Below, one piece after another: positions 31,007-41,650 of a DNA stretch of 64,000 nucleotides. The position numbers and the translations under genes are program-made. The notes below the pieces were generated by a model. It did not search any database and was not told the DNA's origin. It worked only from the letters and a program-made list of their open reading frames with translations. Source of the stretch: a virus; IMG/VR virus record IMGVR_UViG_3300006141_000001. One strand, written 5' to 3'. The number at the start of each line of letters is the position of its first letter. The stretch's first letter is position 1.

Positions 31007-31039
31007 CATTAAAAAACAACTTTAATATTTTACAGATAG

Positions 31040-31273
31040 GCACTCACTAATCATCCAGAAATGAAAAATATGAGAGTCTGATTTCTGGCTCTGGATGAAC
31101 TGATTAAAAATTACCTGGAAAGCAATCTTCTCCAACACTCACGGACAAATTCCCAGCAGTTAAATCAGAAACACCAATAAATATGGACATGTGCCATATA
31201 CGGAAATAATTTCACAAACATAAAACTTCAGCAGACATTTCCTTAGAATATGAACAGAAAGATTAGTGAGTGC
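31040..31273. repeat. element bounded by a 13-bp perfect inverted repeat
   Basis: GCACTCACTAATC (31040-31052) and GATTAGTGAGTGC (31261-31273). Confidence 0.7.
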
Positions 31274-31301
31274 ATTCTAATTATAATTAATATGAAAGAA
31301 T

Positions 31302-31772
31302 TTGTTAAATAAAAAGGAGAGGCTTAAAATCAGCAGAACAAAATTTAATGTAGGTAAAAATACAAACAACAGGACTTATAATGGAATAATTTTTGACTCT
31401 GTTTTAGAAATGAAGTATTACAAGGATGTTTTATTGCCATTAGCAAAAAGCGGAGAGGTTGTAAGCTATGAGCTACAAAAATCCTATGAATTACAGCCTA
31501 AATTTAAACATGATGGGAAAACTATTCAGCCAATCAAATATGTGGCTGATTTTTTTATGGTATATAAAGATGGGCATGAAGAAGTCATTGACACGAAGGG
31601 TTGCCCAGATTCAGTTGCTTTGCTGAAGAGGAAGCTTTTCTGGTATCACTACCCTAATATTGATTACAAATGGATCTGCTATTCGAAAATAGATGGGGGA
31701 TGGTGTGATTATGATTTTGTAAAAAAACAGCGGGCGAAGCGGAAAAAGGAAAAGAAAAATAAGGAATTATAA
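31302..31772 (+). CDS. DUF1064-like PD-(D/E)xK nuclease
   Basis: GIIFDSVLE..YY...LQP....IKYVADF.......IDTKG motif. Confidence 0.8.
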   Translation: MLNKKERLKISRTKFNVGKNTNNRTYNGIIFDSVLEMKYYKDVLLPLAKSGEVVSYELQKSYELQPKFKHDGKTIQPIKYVADFFMVYKDGHEEVIDTKGCPDSVALLKRKLFWYHYPNIDYKWICYSKIDGGWCDYDFVKKQRAKRKKEKKNKEL

Positions 31773-31791
31773 ATAGAAAGGAAATAATTTA

Positions 31792-31968
31792 ATGATAACA
31801 CTGGTACGCTGGTATATTTTAAAGGCAAAGGAAGTCAAAATGAAATTAACATTTTATAGGATTGCTGAAAAAGTTTTGAAAGAGACAGCAAAGATGGATG
31901 CCGAAGATTGGGCAGACAAATTTGTCAGTGCGTTTATTGAAGTTTTACATAAAAATGATGATAAATGA
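31792..31968 (+). CDS. small hypothetical protein (58 aa)
   Basis: GAAAGGA RBS; open frame. Confidence 0.45.
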   Translation: MITLVRWYILKAKEVKMKLTFYRIAEKVLKETAKMDAEDWADKFVSAFIEVLHKNDDK

Positions 31969-32029
31969 TTTAAGCATATTAAGGAAAACCTAAAATAATT
32001 TTATGCATTATTAACCCAATGAATCGGAG

Positions 32030-32236
32030 GTGAGGAATATGGAAAACTATTTTTATAGGCTGGTCTGCGTAGACGAGCATAACCCATTGGAATATTCCGT
32101 ATTAAAAGATGAGACTATCGGCGAATTAGAAGCAGTATATGAATATATTGGCCAGCATATTGGAGATTACACACCAGAACTGACTAAGTGGATGCTATTT
32201 CCAGTAAGAAGAGATGACGTGATTGTAAGAAAATAA
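32030..32236 (+). CDS. hypothetical protein
   Basis: GGAGGTGAGG RBS; followed by a hairpin and T tract. Confidence 0.55.
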   Translation: MRNMENYFYRLVCVDEHNPLEYSVLKDETIGELEAVYEYIGQHIGDYTPELTKWMLFPVRRDDVIVRK

Positions 32237-32475
32237 AATCGAAACTTGGGGTTGCTTTTGCAGGTTCTTTTTTGTTTTGGAAAGGAAGATTAGATGGATA
32301 TGTTTTTATCGGAAGATATTGTTAATTAGCGAAAAGAATTCAGAAATTAAAAATTCTATAATAAATACTTTATCTGTAAATAATTATACAATTTCACAGA
32401 CAAAGTATTTATTTAATAATATCATTGAACAATTTGAGAGAAATACGTCAGTAAGTAAGGTTACTGTAAAATAGA

Positions 32476-32655
32476 TTAAAGTATATTAGGCAGATAATTA
32501 TGTGCAATTGCTTCAAAGAAAGATTGATATGTTTTTGCAAATTCATTAACGATATCTGGAATTTCTTTAGAATCGCTTTTAAATATGCCGTTTTCCTTTA
32601 AATACTCGATAGATAATTCCTGCGCCAACGATTTCGCTTTTTCTCTATTCATCAT
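32476..32655 (-). CDS. small antisense hypothetical protein (59 aa)
   Basis: GGAGGT RBS on the minus strand; MMNREKAKSLAQELSIEYLKENG... Confidence 0.5.
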   Translation of the reverse strand: MMNREKAKSLAQELSIEYLKENGIFKSDSKEIPDIVNEFAKTYQSFFEAIAHNYLPNIL

Positions 32656-32735
32656 TTTTTACCTCCATAAATTTATTGTTATCGTAATATTAACATTTTT
32701 AGAAGGAAAAGTAAATATTATTCGGAGGTGATTTT

Positions 32736-32921
32736 ATGGCTAAATTAAATTTAAGGCAATCTTGTTACAGAGGTAGTGGTATTGAAAATGCAGTTGTCAA
32801 AGAAATTCATAGAACATCTGCACATAAAACATTGGTTGATGAGGCCAATAAGGAAATAGAGAAGAATAGGATTCGTTATGCAACTGCATATAATAAAGCG
32901 AAATCGTACTTGAGTAATTAA
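32736..32921 (+). CDS. hypothetical protein
   Basis: GGAGGTG RBS, 61 aa. Confidence 0.55.
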   Translation: MAKLNLRQSCYRGSGIENAVVKEIHRTSAHKTLVDEANKEIEKNRIRYATAYNKAKSYLSN

Positions 32922-32972
32922 GATGTTTTTAGATATATTGTTTCAATATTTTTATGAACAAAGGAGTATTTA

Positions 32973-33395
32973 ATGGCAAAATATAAAACATATAGCGCAT
33001 TGGTTAATGCTATGAATAAGAATGTGAATATTGCAGTAAAGAATGCCTGTTATAGAATTTTAGGAAGTTTGCAGGAAATTATTGATTCAGAGTTTTATGA
33101 TCTTTTTGAACCAGACTTTTATAAACGAACTTATCAATTTTGGAAATCGGCAACTACAAAAATGATAAACCGAAATTGTGGGCAAGTTTTTATGGATAAG
33201 TCTGCCATGAATTATAATAGTTTTTGGACTGGTGAAAAACAGCTTCTTGCTGCTTCTATTGGGTCTCATGGCGGCTGGGTTACAGAAGAAACAAAACAGC
33301 ATAGATTTTGGGATGTATTTATTGATTTTTGCGAAAATAACGCTGTGAACATCCTACGAGAAGAACTTTCAAAACAAGGCATAAAAACTAAATAA
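32973..33395 (+). CDS. putative tail-completion protein
   Basis: AAGGAG RBS; directly before the TMP; Y.P..YKRT motif. Confidence 0.5.
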   Translation: MAKYKTYSALVNAMNKNVNIAVKNACYRILGSLQEIIDSEFYDLFEPDFYKRTYQFWKSATTKMINRNCGQVFMDKSAMNYNSFWTGEKQLLAASIGSHGGWVTEETKQHRFWDVFIDFCENNAVNILREELSKQGIKTK

Positions 33396-33462
33396 GATTC
33401 CTGTGGCGGATGTTAATAATTAGCATACGCCTTTTAATACTTAAAAGAAGGAGGCATGTGGA

Positions 33463-36400
33463 ATGAATGATTTTATTGTCCAGCTTATAGCAAGATTAGA
33501 TGCGACAAAAGTGAGCGGTGATATAAAAAAAATAGAAGAGCAACTAAAATCTAAAGGCATAAAATTAAAGCCTGTTATTGACTCATCTGTGACTAAACAA
33601 GAATTGCAAAATTTGTCTGTAGAATTACAATCAATATTAAAAAAATCTGGACTGAATATTGATACGAGTAAAATTCTCAGTTCCATCAACCAGATTATTA
33701 GAGAAACTAATAAGGTTGAAAAAGCTATTGTTTCATACACTAATAAATTAAATGATTTTAAGACAAAATACTCAGAAGCCAGTATTGATTACAGTAGTTT
33801 TGAAAAAGTATTTACTCAATTTAAAAATGGTGAGAAAACTTTGAATGAATTAAGCGTTGCTTGGAATAGGTTAAATAACACTGCAAAGCAAGGCACGCAG
33901 AATTTAAAAAGCAAGTCCTCATCTTTTGACCCAATCCAGCAAACACTAAATGATATGAGAAACTTACCTTCTAATTTGACTTCTTTAGAGAAAAGTATGT
34001 CCTCGCTAAAAGACAAATCTAGTTTGGCTGGAGTTTCCATAAAAGACTTAATGACAGAATATGAGGGTTTGAAAAATGAAATGTCACAAAGCAATGGAAA
34101 AGTCCCATTAACAGATGATTGGACTTTAAGATATAGGACTTTAATGGAAACTGTTCAATCTTTAACGAAACAGGTTGAAACATTAAAAAAAGTCGAAGCT
34201 TCAGATAATTCACAAGTTACAAAACAAGCGAATTATTATTCTACTATTCTATCCAACTATAGGCAGATATACTCTTTAAAGCAAAAGCTATTAACTGCTG
34301 GTAAAGAAGAAGAAAAAATCATCAAAGAACAGCTTCGTTCTCTTAGAGCAAGCAATGCAGCAACTTATAAGCAGTTATCATCTCATGGTTTAAAAGATAA
34401 AGGTTGGCAGTCACAGGTCAATGATTTTAAAAAAAGTGCAGAATATAGTTTGCGGGCGGCAGAAGCAAGGCAAAAAGATAAACAAGCAACTGCTGATGCT
34501 ATAAATGCGGAAAAACAACGGCAAGCGAATTTAAAAGAATCAAACAATATTATTAAAGAGTTGGAAAAATCTTATAATAATATAAGCAAATTACAGATAA
34601 AGAAAAGCACTCTTGATCCATCTGTTGATTCTGAAAAAATCACGAAGCTAAGCCAGGAAATAGCCCTAGCGAAAAGGGAATATGATGCACTTTTGTCTTC
34701 TTATAGCAAGAATAAAAATTTTGATAATTCTGCGTGGAAAAATGTTAAATCTGATATAGATGCCGCAACAAAAAGCGCAATTGAATATAATAATGCTTCT
34801 AAAACTGATTACATAAATAAGCAAAAAGAAAGTTTTTCTATTAATCTCGCTGCTCTAAAAACTTCATTAATAGAAAGTGGAACGTATACAGATGAACTAA
34901 AACAAAAGATTTCTTTGCTAGAGTCCGAACTTGAGAAAGTTTCAAATAAGGGGGATCTGTCCACTTTTAAAAATAATTTAAAATCCATACAAACTGAAAT
35001 CAGTTCATTAACATTGGCAAATAAAATTCAATTGAAAGTTGACAGCGGAGATTCTGAGTCAAGGGTTGAAGCACTTATCGCAAAAACCAATCAATGGACA
35101 GACGTTAATGGAAATGCCAGGATTAGTACGACCAGTTTAAGTCAGGCATTGAATGAATTGACTGCTGCTTCTGAGGCTTACAGAAATAATAATACAGGAG
35201 AAACCCAGAAACGTCTTATTACCGCAAACGAAAAACTTACTGAGGAATACAATAAGGTGACAAGTGCCGTAAGGAGGATGAATGCCACATATGCGAAGGA
35301 TACTGATATCGCTTCTCTACACAATAAGATTGGGGATTTTATTGGGAAAAATGGGGATATCATAAAACATCTCGGCACTGACCTGAATGCGATGTTTAGC
35401 CAAACAGCAAAAGGTTCCCAAATTACAACCCAGGAACTGGCCGCATTAGAGCAGAAATTTATAAGTGTGAAAAATGCCGCCAATCAAATTCAAATGGCAA
35501 ATGCCATACACCTAAAAATAGAAACTGGTGAATCAGAGTCAAAAGTTGCGGCATTGATTGACAAGACAAAGCAATGGACTGACGTGAATGGTAATGCAAG
35601 GATCAGCACATCTAATCTATCTTCTGCCCTACATGAATTAGTCACTGCTTCAAACGAATACGCAGGCAATAAGACAGAAACTGCACAGAAAAAATTGATT
35701 GCGTCCAATGAGAAATTAGATGCGGAGTATAAAAAAGTCGCAAATTCTATAAGGCAGACGAATGCAGAGCTGGCAAAGGATTCTGCTGTGGCCTCCCTGC
35801 ATAATAAAGTTTCTGAATTTATGGGAAAGAATGGCAAAGCTGTAAAATATTATGGCACACAGCTAAAAGATATATTCGACAAGACTGCCCAAGGCTCTGA
35901 AGTGTCGAAACAAAAATTGGCACAGCTAAACCAGGAGTTTATAAAATTACAGAATACAGCAAGGGCTAACGGGAAGCTTGGAAAAACATTTTTCCAGACT
36001 ATAAGGGAAGGGATGAGTTCTTTTTCTTATTGGACAAGTTCTACTTTTATGGTAATGAAGGCTATCCAGTCCGTCAAAAGCGGGATAAGCACTATCAAGG
36101 AACTGGACACTGCTTTGGTTGACTTAAAAAAGACAACTACCATGACAGCAAGTGAGCTGGAGGAATTTTATTATGACGCGAATGAGACTGCTAAGGAAAT
36201 GGGCGTTACTACCCAGCAGATTATAGAACAGGCATCGGCGTGGTCAAGGTTAGGATTTTCCAGTGCAGACGCAGCCACTAAAATGGCGAAATATTCCTCT
36301 ATGTTTAAAACAATATCTCCTGGGATGGATTTAGATTCTGCCACCGATGGTCTTGTTAGCATTATGAAGGCTTTTAAAATTGGGCTGGATGATTCTGATG

Positions 36401-36821
36401 AAGTGGTAGACGGAATTATGAGCAAGATTAATGTCATCGGGAATAGTAAGGCATTAAATAATTCAGATATAGTTGAATTTTTAAGGCGTTCTTCTAGTGC
36501 TATGGCTGAAGCCAATAATAGTCTTGAGGAAACCATAGCCCTCGGTGAAGCGGCTGTGGAGATAACTAGAGATGCCTCAAATACAGGGCAAGTTTTGAAG
36601 ACTACAAGTATGAGAATTAGGGGTTATGACGAGGAAGCACAGAGCTATACAGAAGAATTAGAAAATCTTAAAGGGGAAATTGCAGATTTAACAAAAACAG
36701 CAAAAACCCCAGGAGGAATCAGCCTCTTTACTGATGACACAAAAGAAACTTATAAATCTACATATAAAATTATAGAAGAAATCTCTGAAATATGGGATGA
36801 CCTTACAGATAAAAATCAGGC
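33463..36821 (+). CDS. tape measure protein, exon 1
   Basis: Coiled-coil protein; TMP core (ELDTALVDLKKTT...WSRLG...LKTTSMRIRG) breaks off at DKNQA where a group I intron begins. Confidence 0.9.
35017..35970 (+). repeat. 160-codon tandem duplication within the TMP
   Basis: ANKIQLK..GDSESRVEALIAKTNQWTDVNGNARIST and ANAIHLK..GESESKVAALIDKTKQWTDVNGNARIST, 480 nt apart. Confidence 0.85.
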
Positions 36822-37299
36822 AAACAATATGTGCCTGTATGTACAGAAATGTGCATAATATAACACATCTAAAACCAGTAAAACCTAAAGCTCTATCACT
36901 ACAATACGGATGAAATATGCTGGTATGAATGTAACGAAAGTAAAACAACGATAGAGATTCCATATGGCCAAAAGCCTAAGTGGAGATTTTGTCAATTTTA
37001 TATAAATTGAAAATGGTAGCTTGGTCGCAAAGTCCCGAATAGGGATACGTCAAACGACTAGATCCATGTAGGGGTTTGGGCTAGAGAATAAAGGTAAAAT
37101 CCTGAATATCCAAACCTATAATCGTAGGGCGCAAATATATGGCGTGGGTGAGAACCCCTTAAATCGAAACGGTGTGGCTGCTACTCTAATCAGAGTGTGG
37201 TTAAAAAATAGTCTAAACATCTATGGAAACATAGAGATGTTATTGGTTAATTAAATGAGTCTGATTAACTCAAAAAAATATAAGCAGGATAGATAATAT

Positions 37300-37473
37300 A
37301 TGAAGAAATTTGACAAAGAATATTCGACACAATATACTCCTGAAAAAGAATATCTGTCAAAAAAAGGAATTAAACCTTCTTTTGTAAAAATTATAAATGG
37401 AGTAACCACATATAAGTATAAAAAGACACCAGAACTATTTTTAGCTCTAGTGTCTTTTTACATGAAGAAATAA
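37300..37473 (+). CDS. intron-encoded DUF5659-like small protein (57 aa)
   Basis: MKKFDKEYSTQYTPEKEYLSKKGIKPSFVKIINGVTTYKYKK; paralog of 28840-29022. Confidence 0.7.
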   Translation: MKKFDKEYSTQYTPEKEYLSKKGIKPSFVKIINGVTTYKYKKTPELFLALVSFYMKK

Positions 37474-37507
37474 ATATATGAAAGGATAATAAACTGGTGA
37501 TAATATT

Positions 37508-39019
37508 ATGAAATGGACTTCTGAAGAAGAACGAATAATAAAAGATAATTATAAAAATATGTCTGATATTCAATTGATGAATCTTTTACCAAATAGATCT
37601 AAATCTAGTATAGAATCAAAAAGAAAAGACATGGGATTTATTAGACCAAAATATAAAAAATATTCTTTTGATGATGTTATTGATGAATTTTCTAATAGGA
37701 ATAATTATATTTTATTATCAACAAAAGATGAATTTATAGACTGTAATTCAAAAATGAGGTACATCTGCAAATTACATACAAATAAAGGCGAACAATATAT
37801 ATCATTAAATCATATGATGTCAGGAAGAGGATGTAAATATTGTGGCAGAAAACTTGCCGCTCAAAAAACGATGATTCATCTTGATAAAGAATCTGACAAA
37901 AAATTGTGCGAATCTAAAAATTTTGAATATGTAGATACGGTTAGAGAAAATGGCAAAATTAAAATTGTATTTATCTGCAATAATCACCGAGATTTAGGAG
38001 AGCAAAAGGTATTAAAAAGCAATATGAATCGCAATCAAGGATGCAAGTATTGCTGTGGCAAAGAATTGCCAGAGTGGTATGTGTTGCAAAAATCTCATAA
38101 AATAAACCCAAATATAAAATTATTAGAGCCCTATAAGAATTTAACAACTCGTATAAAATGCTTATGCACGAAACATAATCTTGAGACAAATAAAACAATG
38201 CAACAAATATTAAAAGGACAAGGATGTTGTCTTTGTGGGAGTGAAAAATTATCAAAACAAAAATTTCTTTCTATTGATGAAGTCCAAAACAGTATTAATA
38301 AATATAACCCGCATATTAAAATACAAAAATATAATGGGGCAAACGTTGAATCTACTTTTTATTGCCTAAAGCATAAAAAGATATTCAAAAAATGCTATAG
38401 CACATTATTACATCGTAAAAGCGGATGTGATGAATGTTATGCTGAAAACATTCGCGAAAGACAAGGAATGGGGATTGAGGAATTTAAAAATAGATTGCAA
38501 AAAGTACATCCAGAATTAATAGTGACTGGGGAATATGTAAATAATTCAACACCAATTAATGTATATTGCCAGAAACATAATTATGAATATGCTCTTACTC
38601 CTGTTGCATTATTAGATAGATTGACCTGTTGCAATAAGACACGTATCACATATAAAGAAGAGAATATTTGTCAATTGTTAGAAAAGTGGGGATTTAATAT
38701 AACCAGGCAAAAAATATTTGATGACTGTATTGATAAGCGCGCTTTGCCTTTTGACATTTATTTTGATGATTTCAATACAATTATAGAATATCAAGGAGAG
38801 CAACATTATAAGCCGATTAAATATTCTTCACAATCATATGACGATGCTAAAATCAAATATGAATATACCAAAAAACATGACAAAATAAAAAAAGAATATT
38901 GTAAAAAACACAAAATCAAGTTTATTGAAATTCCTTATTGGGAATTTGATGATTTAGAATATTTTTTATTTGATCAATTAGTTAAGAAGAAGATAATTAT
39001 AGAGAACAAAGCGGCATAA
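37508..39019 (+). CDS. intron-encoded homing endonuclease (Zn-ribbon repeats plus Vsr/PD-(D/E)xK-like C-terminal nuclease)
   Basis: Myb-like N-terminus (KWTSEEERIIK); repeated C..H...GC..C; C-terminal LPFDIY...IIEYQGEQHY...D..K..YC....IEIPYW. Confidence 0.85.
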   Translation: MKWTSEEERIIKDNYKNMSDIQLMNLLPNRSKSSIESKRKDMGFIRPKYKKYSFDDVIDEFSNRNNYILLSTKDEFIDCNSKMRYICKLHTNKGEQYISLNHMMSGRGCKYCGRKLAAQKTMIHLDKESDKKLCESKNFEYVDTVRENGKIKIVFICNNHRDLGEQKVLKSNMNRNQGCKYCCGKELPEWYVLQKSHKINPNIKLLEPYKNLTTRIKCLCTKHNLETNKTMQQILKGQGCCLCGSEKLSKQKFLSIDEVQNSINKYNPHIKIQKYNGANVESTFYCLKHKKIFKKCYSTLLHRKSGCDECYAENIRERQGMGIEEFKNRLQKVHPELIVTGEYVNNSTPINVYCQKHNYEYALTPVALLDRLTCCNKTRITYKEENICQLLEKWGFNITRQKIFDDCIDKRALPFDIYFDDFNTIIEYQGEQHYKPIKYSSQSYDDAKIKYEYTKKHDKIKKEYCKKHKIKFIEIPYWEFDDLEYFLFDQLVKKKIIIENKAA

Positions 39020-39079
39020 TCAACCGTTGCAATAATTAACCAATAACTCGTAAACGTTATGAACTTACGGAATACAATG

Positions 39080-39224
39080 ACAATTGCTTGAAGCTTTAGC
39101 GGGGAAAAGAAATGGGCAGGCTTTAGCAGCTATCATCTCTAATTTTAATAGCGCCCGCGAATCAATGGAACTTATGGAAAATTCTGCTGGAAATGCAGAA
39201 AAGGAAATGTCAGTCGTTGTGGAC
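39080..39224 (+). CDS. tape measure protein, exon 2
   Basis: QLLEALAGKRNGQALAAIISNF...NSAGNAEKEMSVVVD continues the TMP core in frame. Confidence 0.88.
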
Positions 39225-39766
39225 AAACAAAACTGTCCATATGTACAGAAATGTGCATATAGTTCATATTTAATTGCAGGTAATGCGTAAGAGCCTTGCA
39301 CCACAATAATCAGGAAACTAGATTATGAAGGTACGAAAGTAGAAAAAACGCAAGGATGGTATATGGTCAAAAACCTAAGTACTACTCTTATATCAAAAAG
39401 AGAAAATCGCTGTTCATGCAGCCAAACACCCTAACGTATCCCATAGACCATATGGTATTTGAGTCGAGGGTGGAGGTTCAACGATCATTCCCCGTAAGGG
39501 GATTTAGGAATACTGAAAATTCAGTTATAAAATAAAGGTGGAAATCCTGAATACCTAAATCAAAAGAAGTACGGCTTAATCGCAAATGAAGTCGGTGAAA
39601 CTCCGTTAAATGGAAAAGGTATGCTCTTAACACATAATGGTGAAGATGGAAAAATGATCTAAACATCCATGGAAACATGGAGATGCTATTGGTTAACTTA
39701 GAAAATAAACATATTATATTTTAACCAATAACTAATTGGATGTTGCGAATCCGATTGAATATTTTG
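39225..39766 (+). ncRNA. group I intron 2 in the TMP (542 nt, no ORF)
   Basis: IGS ACTGTCCA complementary to junction TGGAC|AGT; P7 GATCA 39483-87 / TGATC 39655-59, covarying with intron 1; P2 and P9 hairpins near-identical to intron 1; ends in G. Confidence 0.9.
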
Positions 39767-39967
39767 AGTATCGACTACAAACTAAACCGTCTCAAGGAAA
39801 CAGCCACTGGCACAGCCCAGAACTTATTCAAACGCGAAGACATGAAAACCATCATAGATGGATTGACAGGTCTTTTAAGCGTAATTGACTCATTAACAGA
39901 GAAATTAGGCATATTAGGAACCATAGGATTTGGTGCAGGCCTATTCGCTGGGATTAAAAACGTCGGT
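39767..39967 (+). CDS. tape measure protein, exon 3
   Basis: SIDYKLNRLKET...LGTIGFGAGLFAGIKNVG; ends at the U of a U.G P1 pair. Confidence 0.85.
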
Positions 39968-40410
39968 AAGCCTAAAATGCGTGGCTTCATATTTTAAACG
40001 TGCCGACAATAATATGTGTTCTTTAGGATACTAAAGTTTCCATATTATCGAATGCGGGATATACGCATGGTAAATAAATAACAGGGACAATATGCGGGAA
40101 AAATTGAGGTACAACGGCTGCGTAATGGCAGTATATCACTACTCTCCTGCCCATGGGAACGTGTGCAGGTTCGTAAAAACGTGACGCTCCTCCAATCCGC
40201 AGGGACAGGCCTATGATGGCAAGCCCTCACAGAGCGGCAACTCCCACAATAAGTCTATTTGAAACGATGCTTATTGAATATGCGCTCGGTGCTGCCTGGC
40301 ATGACAGGTCAATCCGTGAAAAGATTGTACAAATGCGGGAATCTTATCTCCTGCTCATGCAATGTGGAACCCTTATTGCCAAGGGTTGGTAAGAATGGCA
40401 ATATTAAAAT
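39968..40410 (+). ncRNA. catalytic core of group I intron 3
   Basis: P1 GTCGGT 39962-67 / GCCGAC 40002-07 (U.G); P4 TGCGGG 40093-98 / TCCGCA 40196-201; P7 C(A)GAGCG 40230-36 / CGCTCG 40283-88; P8 CAATAAG/CTTATTG; several P9 hairpins. Confidence 0.85.
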
Positions 40411-40465
40411 TTGTGTAACTCAGAAAAAAGTCGAAAATTTTTTAAAAAATTTATTATAAATTATA

Positions 40466-40494
40466 TTTACAAATTTTACTAATTATGCTACTCT
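40466..40494 (+). promoter_or_regulatory. sigma-A-like promoter for the DUF262 gene
   Basis: TTTACA-17 bp-TACTCT with extended TG. Confidence 0.5.
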
Positions 40495-40522
40495 GAAAAT
40501 ATAAAAATTTCGGAGGTGTAAA

Positions 40523-41515
40523 ATGAAAACAGCCAGTAAGGAAAGAACATTACAATGGATTGTAAACCAACATAAAAAAGGAAATATTTCTTTTTCGCAC
40601 AAGCTACAGAGGCCGATTGGGCAATGGAATGCAAGAATGAAGTCCCTATTGATACACAGCCTTTTGTCTGGATTCCCAGTGAACCCCATTTATATAGTAG
40701 ATGAGGATGGAACGTTATATACGCTTGATGGATCGCAAAGAACTTCAACTTGCATCTCCTATATAAACAATGAATTTTCATTAAGCAAAGATACTCCCAA
40801 AATTGTAATTAAAAGCAAAAAAGATGGGGAAACCGTATCGACAGAGTATGATATAGCAGGCAAAAAATTTAGCAAATTAGACGAAGAGGTGAAATCGACC
40901 TTGCTTGCATGTAGTTTAGAATTTTGCACATTATCTGAATATACAGATAATGAGGTCAAGGAAATGTTCAAGAGACAGAATACTTCCAAGCCTTTAAATG
41001 GTAAATTATTGCGCATAGTCCATGAATCAGATGCCTTCAGTGATGCTGTATATTCACTTGCTACTCATCCATTTATGCTTAAAATCACAACGCCAACACA
41101 ACGTAAGAATGGGACAGATAGGGATTTAATCATCCAAACACTTATGCTTATGTGTACTGACAAGGAAAATGATTTTACTTCGTTTAGGACAAAAGACATT
41201 GATGCCTTTGTTCGTGATTATGGTGACAGTATTTTAAACAAGACAGAAGTATTGCAAACTGCACTGGACAATTTTAATAAATCATTTGACGAGATAAAAA
41301 TACCTGTCACATCTGTACCAATGGTGTTATATAGCGGATATCGTATAACCAAAGACAAGAAATCATTCTCAAAATTAGTTGAAATGATAAACGAATTCTT
41401 AAATGGATATGATGGGAACGAAGAATATAAGAAGTATGTGCAATCCGGAACAAGCAATTCTGATAATGTCCGTGGAAGGTTTGATTATTGGAGGGAAAAA
41501 ATCAAGACGGCATAA
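40523..41515 (+). CDS. DUF262 (GmrS/ParB-like) domain protein
   Basis: LQRPIGQW...SLLIHSLLSGFPV..IY.....LDGSQRTST...EMFKRQNTSKPL motifs. Confidence 0.85.
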   Translation: MKTASKERTLQWIVNQHKKGNISFSHKLQRPIGQWNARMKSLLIHSLLSGFPVNPIYIVDEDGTLYTLDGSQRTSTCISYINNEFSLSKDTPKIVIKSKKDGETVSTEYDIAGKKFSKLDEEVKSTLLACSLEFCTLSEYTDNEVKEMFKRQNTSKPLNGKLLRIVHESDAFSDAVYSLATHPFMLKITTPTQRKNGTDRDLIIQTLMLMCTDKENDFTSFRTKDIDAFVRDYGDSILNKTEVLQTALDNFNKSFDEIKIPVTSVPMVLYSGYRITKDKKSFSKLVEMINEFLNGYDGNEEYKKYVQSGTSNSDNVRGRFDYWREKIKTA

Positions 41516-41520
41516 ATTAT

Positions 41521-41562
41521 AGCCTGTAAGAAGAATGATTATTTTTCTTGCAGGCTTAATTT
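41521..41562 (+). terminator. terminator-like hairpin
   Basis: AGCCTGTAAGAAG...TTTCTTGCAGGCT. Confidence 0.6.
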
Positions 41563-41622
41563 ATAATATTACCATTTTTGTTACGCAAATATTAAGTTAT
41601 TATTAAATAAATGTTAATATAC

Positions 41623-41650
41623 TTGACATTTAGTATTTTTGTGATACACT
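41623..41650 (+). promoter_or_regulatory. sigma-A-like promoter
   Basis: TTGACA-16 bp-TACACT with TG. Confidence 0.55.

Larger units (their letters stand above)
36822..39079 (+). mobile_element. group I intron 1 in the TMP, encoding a homing endonuclease
   Basis: IGS TGTGCCTG (36830-37) complementary to the spliced junction CAGGC|ACA; P7 GACTA 37056-60 / TAGTC 37209-13; P9 GAAA hairpin; 13-bp stem 37241-53 / 39033-45 enclosing two ORFs; ends in G; splicing restores DKNQA-QLLEALAGKR. Confidence 0.9.

Noticed and set aside
40000-40420. Group II intron (GTGCCG start) or a ROOL/GOLLD-type RNA
   Set aside because: No domain V or RT ORF seen; P, Q, R and S elements of group I are present
40500-40525. 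Nearby 3' splice site fusing the TMP to DUF262
   Set aside because: Bases before that G do not pair with P9.0, and the DUF262 gene has its own promoter and RBS
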